From positions 3,224,001 through 3,288,000 of the forward strand of contig JAYWIR010000005.1 of the NCBI GenBank assembly GCA_036172245.1: 64,000 nucleotides of DNA, in the 5' to 3' direction. The notes under the pieces are model-generated. The model ran no database searches. It had not been told where the DNA came from and saw only the letters and a list, made by a program, of their open reading frames with translations. Position numbers and translations under genes: made by a program. Shown here piece by piece: positions 51,180 through 63,600 of the stretch. This DNA comes from Raillietiella orientalis. Taxonomy: Eukaryota. Within the stretch, counting starts at the first letter, position 1, and every line of letters starts with the position of its first letter.

Positions 51180-53400
51180 TCCACCCGCTCTGGACTTTCA
51201 GATATCCCGACATGCTGTTTCAGATATCCCTGAACTTATTTTGTCTTCGGTTGGGAGCCGGCGTGTTCTCAGCTGGTTTATTTCTGTTAAATAGGTGCTC
51301 CAGCTGACCGGGCGAGAAACTTCCCGATTCCATAGACGAAATCTCGCAGCCTCTAGCAAATTGGTCCATGCTTCTTCTTCTCATCAGTTAGAATTCTTTC
51401 CAAGAGAAACTGCTTAACAAATCTAAGAAACTGTAGAAAGTGCACATGGCCCCACGACAAAAGGAAAGAACAGAGCAGTGCATAGCAGAAGTGATGCTGC
51501 ACTTGAGGTATGCACGGTCACGTGCGTCTTCATCTTTCTCATCTTTGCGCACGACCTTTCGACCCTGCCCGAAGCAACTCTAGATGCTGCCAGTGTCCTC
51601 CAGGTGCTATTCCAACAAAGGAGAGCTTCTTCGTGCTTGAAGATTCCCGAAAGATCGAGAAACTGTGGATAAACAGGAGCCGCAGGAAGACCGCTCTTTC
51701 TGAACATAGTCGCTTTCAAATTGGCCTCACCTTTTCCTTATGTCAGACTCTGTCTCTTAGGTGTGGATTCCCATTCATTAGCTTCAGGGCATGTTCTGCT
51801 CTCACCACGTCGACTGTGACCGCGGATAGAATCTGGAGAGAGGCACCTTGTGAACAAGTTGCTACCTGGCTGAGGTTTCGACTCCATCAACCAGGTCTCT
51901 TCGTGCCTCCTGTTTGGGAATGCTCATAAACTGTGGAACAAGGAATGTGGCCAGCGTTGACCAGCGAAAGAGAAGGTAATCTTGTGTGAAACGCTAGGAC
52001 CAACTGCTCTTTCGCGCGAGTGTTCACAATCAACTGAGTTCTCCACACCTTCCGTTCTCTGGTGCCGGAATCCGGGCAGCAAGACTTGCAGCCGTCCCCT
52101 GCAAGAGGGCATCTTCCACTGCAGAGGACCGCCACCGCGGGACTTTCTTCTGCCACCGCTTGTTCACTCTTTTGGGCGCCCGCCGGTAGTTTTCCTCCTG
52201 AACGGCTGCATCTCTCTGCTTCTGCTCTGATTCCCCACGCGCTCCCCGCGTGCGTCACGTCCTGGCTCGACGTGAGCCCCGACTCCAGTACGCGCATCCA
52301 ACCCCCCGAAGAAGCTCTTGCCACGGCCCTGCTGGCTGCCACCTACCTTGCTCGCTCGTTGCTGTGTGCGCAGGAACCCTGTCTACTTTTTTTTCCCCTG
52401 TCACCTCTCTGGGCTTCCCCACCCCTATGCATCCTTCACGTCATCTCTCTCTCCTCCTTCCTCTAAGCAGTCCAGTGCTGTGCATCTTGTCTGACGTTTA
52501 TCCAAGCAGCATGCGAGTGCTTCGTCTTTCGACCCTCGGCGGCTTCAAAACTCCAGCTTTCATCAGCTCGAGACGTGGGCTTTCCCGGTTGCTTAGTTCC
52601 TCCTCCTCTTCCCGACCTTGCGAGGAAACGGAAATTTCTGCTGAGGCGTTCTCGCTTCTTCGCTCGACTCAAAGAACGGGTTCAACCACTGAGTTTCTTT
52701 TCTCTCCTCGGCTCTGAGGATTCGTTCCCTTCCGGCGTCGATCCTGCCGCATATCTGGGCGGGAATTCGCCTGCACTCTTTCAGGGCACCAAACTCCTAG
52801 GCGGCTGCACGGAGAGCGTGCCGCCACTCCGGTTCCCAGACGAAAGGACTTCCTCGGCGGGGCGAACTTTCGAGTGTTTCCTCGAAGAACCTGTGGTCCC
52901 TTGCTTGCGCCTGGAAACCTTCCGCGTACCCCTCGAGATGGGAAAATGAGGTGCTGCTGTTCCTACACTGGGGATTCCGGTGCAACCAAGCACCTTGTTT
53001 CCGGGAAAGCTGCATCCCCGAACTGTTCCAGGAGTGGGACGATGGAATCGATTCTGCACCTGCTTTTGGGTTGCGGTGTCCTCGATGAACTGTGGAGAAA
53101 CTGGTGCAGGAATGCCGTGACTCCGGCGCTCCTGCACCAGGAGGTGACGCCGCCGCGGGTCGTGGCCGGTGCCGCGACCCGCGGCGGTTCTCTGTGCACG
53201 ACGGACCGCCGGCCGGCGCACTGATCGCGGCGACGATGCGTTGCCGTGAGCGCAATCGTCACGGCCCGCCGTGTGCGCGAGAAAGGCGGACGCAGCGGAG
53301 GGAGATCACCCGAGTGGCCTCCACCTACGTGAGGACGCTTTCCAGGTGGCCTCACCTGGAAAGAAGTCAGATCGGAGACTGCAGGCATCTGGGGTCGGTT
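51180..53400 (+). mobile_element. Decayed L1/Tx1-clade LINE ORF2 (RT through C-terminal zinc knuckle)
   Basis: Collinear degenerate motifs across frameshifts: ALDFQ (51187, ~LDFxKAFD), LIFAHDL (~FADD), RASSCLKIPERS (~ASGLKINxxKS), VLWC..PLQEG (~FLW..PxxxGG), KNLWSL (zf-RVT-like) and SPNCSRSGTMESILHLLLGCGVLDELW (~CxxC..ExxxHxxxxC..W). Confidence 0.7.
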
Positions 53401-54412
53401 CTAGAAGGAAAGAACGACCGAAATCAGCGACTCTTTCGGATTGGCCGACCTACGTGTCGGAGGACGTCTTCTTGAGCTTCTTTTTGTTTTCCGCTGGGAA
53501 CCAATTCTTTGTTTGCGTTCCCAACTCGTTTGTTCTTGAAATGAGCTTCCCGGCGTGCTCGGGTGATCATTCCTGTCGCGTTGCACATCAGTTTCCATTC
53601 TGCCTCCGGGAGGTCAGGTCGACCGCCTTCCTGCACACCCGGCCTCCTCCTACTCCACCTCTCCCTGGGCCGTGCAGACGTACCGGGACTCTCGTATTCC
53701 ATCCCTCTCAGAAAAGCTTCCCGACTACCCGGATGGGTCGCGGATACTAAACTTGCCCAGGAGAATGCGTCTCTGCCAGCGTTCTCATCTGAGCCGTCCT
53801 CGCTTCCCTCTGTTCTGGCAGAAATCCCCCTTTCCTCCTCGCAGGAAAGGAAACTCTAAAGCTCCCGAGACCTGCTTCCCTTCACAGACCGCCTGGTTGC
53901 CTGCCGGCAGTCTTTCCGTTGCAACGTCTTTCCGCAATCTCCCATTGCCACATTCCCTCTTTCCTCCTCTTGCTGGGGGGTGGGTCGACGACCAGCCCCT
54001 CCCTAGTGCAGCTCCTCACTGCGTGCTGTGGAACCGAGCCTTGAGAGACTAGCACCTGCTCCAAGGAGCGGCACGAGTCCGAAGAAATCACTTATGTTGG
54101 AGGAGGAAAGGAGAAGGAGACTTGCGAAGCACCAACCAAGGTGTTGGTTCAGGCATGCGAGAGCGGAAAGGTTCGGAGTTCAGCCCAACATCAGGATGTT
54201 TTATCCTCTTTCTGTGTTTTGATTGTTCAGAAGGTTGCCGCTCTGGTAAGGAGTCTCTACCCAACCACACCTCCAGGCGCGTGATGTCATTCTTCCCTTG
54301 CAGTTCTCAGAAACAACGTTTTCTCCTGATAAGAAGAGGGGACGAGGCATGATGATGCCCATTATCAGCTGATCTCGATCGAAGGGAAAGAGGCACGAAA
54401 GACATCTTCTAC

Positions 54413-54429
54413 GTTTATTTCGAATAAAC
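54413..54429. terminator. Candidate netrin polyadenylation signal (bidirectional AATAAA inverted repeat)
   Basis: GTTTATT-TCG-AATAAAC. The minus-strand AATAAA lies about 190 nt downstream of the netrin stop. Confidence 0.4.
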
Positions 54430-54608
54430 CGACACAAAACCGTTTGCACCGCCATCATATGGAGGGTGCATTCTTCACCGAGTCCGTCCAGGTTCGAACC
54501 TGTGATGTTTTCAAGAACAGAAACCATTCGATTTGCTCCCGGAAGCTTGGGGAGGAAGGGAAGGGTCGATGCGGTCACGTGTCCATCGGCGTCCTCAAGC
54601 GAGCGCCG

Positions 54609-57600
54609 TCATTCCTGCACGTACTCTTCCTTACAGTTGGCAGACATGTTCTTCTGCATCCTGCGGATTCTCTGGGACCACTTGTCCTTCCACTTGATCA
54701 CTATGCTGCTTTTGTCGACGGTGACGCCAGGGTTCGCAGATCGCTTATCTTTTCCAAGAATCAGGTATGGCCTGGAGAAGGGAAATAAGGAGGAAAATTA
54801 GTAACAGAAGAGTGTTCCTGGAAGGGATCAGCGCACCCGTCCATTTGAATCTTGGGACACTTGCAATCCAAATCTTCCTTTTTGATCCACAGGTAATCGT
54901 TTTTCTTCATCTTGATTTCCTGAGATTTCTTGAAGACCGTTTGCACCAGCATGCGGAAGCGGATCCAGTCTCCGATGTGATCCTTGTCCACCATGTAGGC
55001 CACGATGGCTGTCGAGAACCCGGTTTCTCCCACTGTACCAAGCACCGTGCCAGACTCACCGTAGTCGCGGTGGCAGTATTTCTTCAGGTTCAGTTTCCTG
55101 GTGGGCACACGGCACTTGCCGCAGGGACCTGGAAGCAGAGAAAGGAGTTGAGGAGAAGTCTTCAGATGGGGAAGAACTCCAAGGAACGAGACACGCGACC
55201 GATCACGCGGTGTTTGACGAGCCCGAAGCACATCCAAAAGCGCCGAAGACCTCGGCACCTGGATGCGCTAGAGTCCACGGTTGTGGGAAGTGGAGAGCAG
55301 TTGCTTTCTGAACCTTTGGTTGGTGGGGCGTTCTTGGAATTCTCGCGAATCCGATATAAGATCTCTCAGCCCTGCGTCTCTCCGGCAGGCCGGAAGATCG
55401 CTTTCAGGGATTTCCGGCAGCCGGTAGCGACCTACAGAGCGCGCTCAGCCACCCACATCGTTAGCAACGAACGTTCGAGGGTTGCCGTCTACCGAATCAG
55501 CTGGCACGCGGCTGCGCAAATGCGGCGGCTTTGACGATGAAGTCCTAAGGTGGGGGAGGCAGCAGGCATGTAAAAGAGGTGCGAAGACTCAAGTAGTCCC
55601 ACAGAGGAAGCCTTGCCCGAACGGATGCCCGAACACCTCACGTCCCAAAGTGAGAACTCTCCTCCGATGTTTTCCGTGTGGGTCACGAAGATTAACGTGA
55701 CGTAATCGGAATCACGGGTTCGCGGCGCTCGAGCTTAAGAGTCCAAAAAAAGGGCAGCTGACATTTCGGAAAGATGTCAGCAGTGCAGTTGCCAGCGAGG
55801 ACATGCGGAAGATTCCGGAATACCACTCGTTTCGTTCGTTCTCTTTTCTGCGTTTCGACCTTAGGGTTACCTCATAATTCTGGTACCTCTCTCCAGAAAG
55901 AGACCGAGGAAAAAGACAAAAAACAACAAACTAGACAGGAGTCCGGTTTCACCTTATCGGGAAGGAATGAGAATAAATCAACAATTCGTTCCCGTTTCGC
56001 TCGAGATTATTCAACTCAGCAGCCGTGATGTCAAATAGTCATCTACGTCAAGTTGCCGCAAACTTCGTCGACTGATGGTAGTATTCAGAGCTATCTGTTT
56101 GGATGAATGTCTTTCCTGCTCCTTTTTTTTTGTTTGTTCTTTTTTTTTTTTCCTTAAAAAAAAGTTCGCCTCAAGGTTAACCTGTTACGATGTACTTTCC
56201 AGGTTATTTTCCGGGAAAAAAAAAAAAAAACAATTTGCACGCGCTGGCCCCATTATCTGCAGCGGAAACGTTTGCTTTACAGAATCCCAGCGGAATCTCT
56301 GAGCAGAAACGTCACAGCTGTCTCTAGAAGTCAAGGAATCCTCGCATGCGCTTGCAGCTTCCGCTAGTAGCAGTTCGGAGGAACTCCTTCCAGTGAAGGA
56401 AAGCTTCCTGTTCCACTCCACAATATATGGTCACCCTTCATCTTGGACACTGCATTAACCATCGACAGGCCAGGCCGTTTCGGCCCTCTATTTGATTCTC
56501 ATGTTACATATTTATTTATTTATTTTTCCTTGAGCTTTCTTCTGGCAGTACGAATTGGCCATTTTTTTTTTTTTTTGAGGGAGAGAGGGGGAAGCGGATA
56601 AATTTTTCTTGAGTGAAAAACGGCCTTTCGCGCTTCACGTTCCAGAATTTTAAGCCTGAATTGTGTTCCTCCCCATCTCCTCTATGTTTTATGGTTTTCC
56701 CAGGTAAAGGCGCTACAATTTTTATTCTTTGATGTTGTTTTCAACCCAGAGGAAAGCAGATTCAACCTGAAACAATGCTGGGCTTCGGTTTTCCTATTCA
56801 TCCTGTTTACTATGTCATAGTAGGGAAATTTCATACCGCAGTGGCTCGGAAACGACCTTGCTGACCTTGAATAGTTGTGTCCACGCTCCGCGGATTAAAT
56901 TTTCTGTACTTTCGTTCGGTCTGCCGTGGGCCCAATCACTCCGGCGTTCATCGAAACAAAAGAAATGCTCTTTCGTTTTTTCGCTTTTTTCCCCCCTGCA
57001 TCTTGAGGCTCATCTCTGGTTGGCCCAGGGTTCTTGGGAAACTTTCTCCAAGTTGCCGCTCAAGTGGGAAGCCACTTCGGAGGCACTCGTTTTATGTTCC
57101 ATCAGGAAAACGGCAGGCCGGACGCGAAACTTGGGAAAACGCATGGCTCCTCTTCAGGACATTGCCAACGATTCCCGGATGGGGGAGGGGGTCATCATGG
57201 CTCCGTTTCGATCTCCACACGTGTCTCACGGATGGAACGCCCTCCATAGGGTGCTTCTTCATCTGAAGCACGTACGCACCCGTATGCAAGAAAAAATAGC
57301 TCCAAGCTGAAGGGCTGACAACCGATTCCTAGACCATGAACAAGGTATGGACCAAGGTGGAACGAAGAGAGGAGTTGTCAGATTTTTTCCCTTCCTGCTA
57401 TCATAACCACAAATCATGATTTTTCCGGATAATCGGATTTCAAACTATTTCTAAATCCTCATCAGAATTCAGGGTTACCTTAGCAACAAAAAGAGACTGT
57501 CGAAATCTGGATCCTTCGAACATATTTCAGGGATTAACATTCCGTGCCACAGGCTGGATGATCGCAAGAGTTTTTTTGTCTTTGCAATTTTTCAAGTCAA

Positions 57601-58386
57601 CGGTCCTCTTCGGAGGAATGCTGAAAACACTGCTTGCCATCATCCGCATAAGACGCTGGCAATTCAGGGAGTTGCGACCGTCAGAGTACAAATAGATAGA
57701 TTTTCAAGATTCTAATATTCCACGGGTATAACTTGAAACTAAGCAGAAACCTTCTGTTTTATGAGCATCGTTCGGGATTTGCCAAGAGACCATGGGATTG
57801 GGGAGTGTTCGGGGAATGACGTCGTGGAACAACGATAAGAACCCTGCCGGAGCGTGCTGGGATAGTGGTGGGCAGAAGAATCCGAAGGGCAGAAAATCTG
57901 ATAGCCAAAGGCTGCAGTCCCAACTCTCATGGTTAGCAGCCTTCTTGAAACCACTCGGTTAAGGTCAAACTTTTCCGTTTTTGCTGCCATTCACAGGGCA
58001 GAGCAACTCCCCCATTCGCTTCGCTGCTTGTTTCTTTTTGTTCGCAAAATTTGCTTACCTGACTCGTCTTCGTCACTCATCTCCGCTTCGGAACCAGGCA
58101 ACTTCGGGATTTCTAGAATGAGAAAAATCAAGTGTTTCTTTTGTTTATGTCGTGCTGCCCCCCCTTTAAGTCATTTGTGAACAAGGGCTTGTATTCTACA
58201 AATAATTGTGACTCTGAAGTCACTTGTTTGACATACTTATACATGGTGCGACCGGGGAGCGGCTTTGTTGGTAGCCTTTGGCGCATCTGTTACATGATGT
58301 TCCGATGACTCCATCCTTGCATGGACACTGTCCTGTCGTCTGGTTGCATATTTTTCCAGACGCACCTACAGGGTGGCAGTCGCATG
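54609..58386 (-). CDS. NTN1: Netrin (UNC-6/netrin-1 type), partial: third laminin-EGF repeat, linker and C-terminal NTR/C345C domain
   Basis: Minus-strand exons 58386-58237 ([49 protein letters not shown]), 58112-58059 ([18 protein letters not shown]), 55128-55060 ([22 protein letters not shown]), 55008-54837 ([18 protein letters not shown]...[18 protein letters not shown]) and 54771-54609 (PYLILG...[17 protein letters not shown]...QE*) are all GT-AG and phase-compatible. No LN, LE1 or LE2 exons were recognised in 58.4-64 kb. Confidence 0.95.
57230..57262 (-). other. Candidate 33-nt alternative micro-exon of netrin linker
   Basis: gtgcttcag|ATGAAGAAGCACCCTATGGAGGGCGTTCCATCC|gtgaga. It is phase 1-1, stop-free, and would add [11 protein letters not shown](R) after the acidic linker exon. 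Confidence 0.4.
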
Positions 58387-59549
58387 CTGAAATCAAAGGG
58401 AAAATTTTGGTTTGCTATGGGAAACCGTCTAAAATTAAGAAGCGTCCAGAAAGTTCCGGTCTCTCGGGCATCCGCCAAGTCGGCTTTTCCCCGAGGGTGT
58501 ACGTGGAACGCTTCGAAAAGCTTACACGTGTGCGCGTGCCGCGGTGCATGAACCTGGCACAACCAAAGGAAGCTCAAAAGATGATGCCCCACAACGAGAC
58601 GTACGGACGGCCGCTGCTCTTCCCTGTTGGGGAGAAGAAAATAAAGATCCCACGACACTCTTGTCGCTCTTCGGAAACTCCGAAGAAGAATAGGGTCACG
58701 ATACGAAAAAGTGGGAGAGGTTATGGAACTCGAAGCTCGAATCCAGGAATCCAGTTCGCACCAACACCACCACCACACAAGACCCGGAGTCAAGAGGTGT
58801 TTCGCCGAAACCAGGAATGAACTTCAGGGATGGAAGTCCATCAACCGTGAACAAGGACCATAGATGTGATGTGGGCCGATCTCCCAGAGGCCTGAAGATT
58901 CCTGATTGCTTTCGAATCTCCTTGGACGTTTCCCTTGCGGTCACTTTTTTTGGACTTGGCGACCGCACCGACGCTGAACTACATGAAATCACCAGCGCAT
59001 CCCACATTCGTATCGGAAGCTCTTCTCTCGGAGGTGAAGCGATCTTCTTTTTTTTTTGTCTCAGAAGCCAAGTGGCTCTCACCCACTGCCTCTCCGCTTC
59101 CACATCTCAGCATCACCCGTGGGTCCATCTGCCCCAGCTTCTGCCAGCCGCCTCAGCAGCTTCGCTTTTGGTCACCGGAAGGCCGAACGATAGCTGACGA
59201 GGATACCAACGTATAAAAAAAAAAGAAAACACTACGCAGCTTCATCGATGCTTCGGAAGAATGGTCCTGGTCATGTGTTTCCCGCTTGACCTGTGACCGA
59301 CGTGGCATGTCGAAGAACATAAGCGAAATGAAACCAAGGAAGCCAGAAGGCGGAAGTGAGGGAGGATGCAGCGTACGATCAGAACGCCCAAAGAAGCATG
59401 TGTGCATGAATGTGAAGTGTGTGCGCACATATATATGCATATGTGTGCAACACACACATATATACATATATATATGAGTTTTCCATCCTAAAGTTTCAAA
59501 TCTACCTTTCTCTGTATATGTATGTACGTGTGCGTATATATCTAATATA

Positions 59550-59666
<117 letters not shown>

Positions 59667-60659
59667 TATATGCGACGTATGCGCACACGTAAGTACTTAT
59701 ACAGAGAGAGGGAGATTGGAAACTTTAGGATGGGAAACTCATCGAGAAGCGCGTTGAGGTTTCGACTCGGGGGTGCGAACGGTTTCGAGTCCTAGGGAGG
59801 GAGCGAAGACGAAACCTGGAGTCCCGGAATGACAAATGATGGAGCACGCTGCTTGGCTAGGGAGGTTCGGGTGCATCGCAGGCTTCCGTCAAAGAGTCAG
59901 TGGGGTGTGGTTCGATCCGACCAGCCCCTGACTTCATGGAGACTGAACGAGGTTCGTAACAGGCAGAGTCCATGCCCCAGATACGGACGGGATTCGCGGC
60001 AGGCTCCAAATAGGCCGTGCTGCTGCTTCTCGGCTAGCAGGAGAGTGCGCCGGACTTCCGGGCAGTTTAAGAGAAGGAGGAGGAGGGATCGGCCCACCAG
60101 TCCCGAGGTACTGGACCAGGTCTTCCGCAAAACGCGTCCGCCTAAAAGGCGCGTCCGACGCGCGCACTCCCAGTCGTTGCTCCAGTTCCGCGCGCACCTC
60201 CTTCCCGATTTCCGGATGCGCGCTCGTCACCGCGAGGCCTACCGGCGCAGGTGCGGACCCTAGGTATCATCGCATCTCCTCGCCCAGCAGCGTCCAGCGG
60301 AGGCGCACTCATCGAAGATTCCTTTTGTCCCCAAATTTCATCTCTTGCTAACCACCGGTTCCTTTCTTCATTATGAATTCCAGTGATATCAGTGGTTGTT
60401 ATGTTGCGAAAATTAAGAATCGCAAGAATTATTATGACGATTCTCTCCCTTTCTCCCTCTCTCTTTTTTTTTCTTTTCCAGCCTGAAATCTCTATAAAGG
60501 AACGGAGGCTATAAATCTTAAAAAGAATGCAAAGATGATAAATCATGGTACAGGATTTTTTACACCTGAAAGGTTTCCATAACACGCACCAATGCAGAGT
60601 TCTCTTTGAGACGCTGAGGATCTCCATCATCTGCTCATTAATTATGAATCACATTCCCC

Positions 60660-63600
60660 GCCGGCAAAGACGTGATCACCTACACCATCCTTCTTTAGTG
60701 TACGCGTGTATCTCCTCCTCCTCCTCTTCCCTCTCCCCCTCCCCCTCTCTCTCTCGTTTCCCGCCTCTGCAAACCGGATGCGAATTTTTCCTCACTTTCG
60801 AAAAGCGTCGCGTCGAGGAATCACCCGGATCATCGCTCAGCAGCTCCCCCGCGGGAGAGAAATCGCGCTTCCCCCTGGAGCCGCGGGCGCGGAGACCTAC
60901 TCCCTCCGAGCTTCCTTCCCGGGAGCGACGCCCTCCCCCTTCCCTTCCTGCTCCGAAGTCCCCTCGGATATGGTGCGGAGCCCGGTCGCCTCGGAACCGC
61001 ACGCGGTTGCGCGCCCGTCGGAGCGCCGGGAGCGAAGCTGCGGCACCACCGCGCCGCGCGCGCGCACACACCCCGTCGCCGCACAACACTTCGAAAAGCC
61101 GCCGCCCGTCCTTGGAAGTGGGCGAGGAGATCGCGCCGTCGGAATTCGCGGCGGCTCTTCACGACGCATCCTCCGGCGGTGCGCGCCTCTCTCTTGGACA
61201 GCCTGGGCCCACCGGGCGAGCGGCAGCAGCGGCGCCGCGCGTCTACTCCGCCTCTCTTCGGCAGCGCCGACTCGGGACGAACGAAGCTGAGAGGACTAAG
61301 AGGAGGAAGAGAAGGGGGAGGAGGATCGAATCCGACTCGGTGCGCGCGGGCCCCGCTCACGCCGAGGTGTCCACGGAGGGAACCGGAGCGAGCGACCACC
61401 CGCCAGCGACCAGCCGCCGCGCCCGCAGTCCCGCTCTCTCCCCTCCCCCCGGCTGGCGGATTTCCGGACGCACACGGGCGTCGTCTCAGGCGCGCCGCGT
61501 CACGCTTTCCGGGGGGCACCGCCGACGCCGTGTCAACAGACTCCTGATCCGGATCGGATGGCCGCTCAAGAGACACGAAGGAGCGCGCCAGAGAGGGTTC
61601 GCCGCCGCTGGTGCCGAGCAGCAGCAGAGGCAGCCAAGACCTAGCTTTGCTTGCGCGAAAGGAGGGGGGGGAGAGCGTGCCCGAATGGTCTTCGACGGTG
61701 AACGCGGTGGCAGTTCTCTTCCCGGGCTCCGCTCGAAGTCGCATCGCCATCCTTCGTGGTGGGGATGTGATTTATCGATCTGCGCGGATGTTGCCGTTCT
61801 GGAGCCCGGAGTGATGGACGGTGGTCGCCCGGGTGCAAACAAACGGTCAGCGGAAGAAAAGAAATTTCCTCTCCGGACAGATTTGTTTATCCTGCGCGCG
61901 CGGCAGGAAGTCGCCTCTGCTCGAGGCGGCACCCTGTGTGCCACGGGAAACGAGGAGTTTCGCACGGACGGGGTCTCCCGGTCGCCGCCGCCGGCTGGAC
62001 GAGCGCGGGTGAGCAGAGGAGGAGGAAGAGGAGGAGCCAACCTTCTCGGCCGTTTCGGCGAACTTCCGAGCATCCCCCCCACACACACCTGAACCAGCTC
62101 GCTGCCACCGGGGGGCTTGGCGCTGGAAGTCTGCTGGGCAGCCTCTCGGTCGTCTATAAAAGCCGGACGGGGGAAAAAGCAGCTTCTGCCCTCCCCCTTT
62201 TCCATCCCCTCTTCGCGGCGGCTGCGCGGTGCGTCCCGAAGACGTCTGCGCCCCCTATAGGCGCGGAGAGGGAGAGAGAAAATCCTGGCTGTGGTCTCCG
62301 CGCAGGGGGATGCGGACGGCAGCGAGGAGGGCGTCGCCTTCTCGCGGCAGGGTGCCCGGGACTATCCGGACGGAAGACGGGAGGAAAGGCCACCCTCCTC
62401 CTCCGGGAGATGCTCCGAAAGATCGCGCGGAGGGAGGGAGAGGAAGCGAAAGGATGCGGGCCGATCCGGGAGCGGAAAAGGCGGCTCGCTCGCTTCCTGC
62501 TGGCTGCGTGTGCGGAGAAGCGGCGACCTTCGCTTCACTTCGCTTCCCGGAGGAGGAAAATGGGAGCATCGTCTTCACCCTTCTGCGCCCCTCCCTTTCC
62601 TTCCTTCACGGAGGGGAGCGGCCGCTCATCGAGGTGGAAAGGCGCGCACAGAGGCTGCCCCGGCAGCGCAGAGGGCGTTCCCGAAAGGGAAGGCGGGAGT
62701 GGCGGCCAGGGTTCTGCAACCTCCTCTCCCCTTTCTCTCCCATAAGGAGGGAAGGAGGATGAAGAGTCTCCGGAAGACGCCCGGCGGCAAGGACGACGCC
62801 AGCGCCCGAAGGAAAAAACAAGTCGATCGAACGCGTCCGGTCGGGGGATGCTCTCGGCTGCCGGAGGGAGTGACGTCAACAGCTGCTGCCTCCAGACCCT
62901 CTCCGAGGTTCCTTCCGTCTGCCCCTTGCAGGAGTTCGGGCGCGCCCCTCGGTCCCTCGAGAGTTGGGGAAGCGGGGAGTGATTCACGTGGGGGCGGGGG
63001 CGGGCGGTCCACGGAATTTACCCCTCTCCTCCTCCTCTCCCTTCCCCCCTTCTCTTGGGACCGGCGCTCGCACCTGCGTGCGAATCGGGCAGAACAAGGG
63101 GAAAAGGGTAGCAAGGAGCGAGCTCCAGCACCCCTAGCGCGAACGCGCGCCGTCGCGTTGGGAACGGGGGAGAGAGGGGGGATGGGATGGGAGACGAGAA
63201 TCCCGGGAATCTCTCGGGTTCTCCCGATTGGGGTTTAAGCGGCACGTGCATCCATCCTCCTTCCCGATCCGGGGAAACGGAACGGATTAGTCACGTGATC
63301 GAGTCCCCCCGCCCGAGCAGGGTCCCCTTTCGCCGGAGGGGAAGGAAAGGGGGATGCACTCGAGGCGGAATGAAGGGATGGCGAGGGCTGCAGATTCATC
63401 TCCTGGAACCATTGGCCCCCGGGGTGATTGGCCGGGCGAATCCTCCCCTCTCGTACGGCTGGCGGGAGGCAGCGGCGACAGCAGCCCCGCGGGGCGGGCG
63501 GGTGGGGCTCTGTGAGCGCGGCGGCGGTCTGCACGAAGGGCGGTCGGCCGGTTCCCAGCAGCAGCAACCGGCGATCGGGTGGGCGAACTTCCGTGCTCTC

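Noticed and set aside
54609..55128. sFRP or TIMP as the source of the NTR domain
   Set aside because: The upstream exon encodes the netrin-specific LE3 repeat (CDCHPVG...[14 protein letters not shown]) and no Frizzled CRD is present.
54767..55534. 255-aa plus-strand ORF
   Set aside because: It is the antisense shadow of the netrin NTR exons.
57420..57470. Hammerhead-like CTGATGA-GGATTT...AAATCC on the minus strand
   Set aside because: Stem II is followed by GATT rather than the required GAAA, and stems I and III could not be built. Similar partial matches near 52560 and 59194 also fail.
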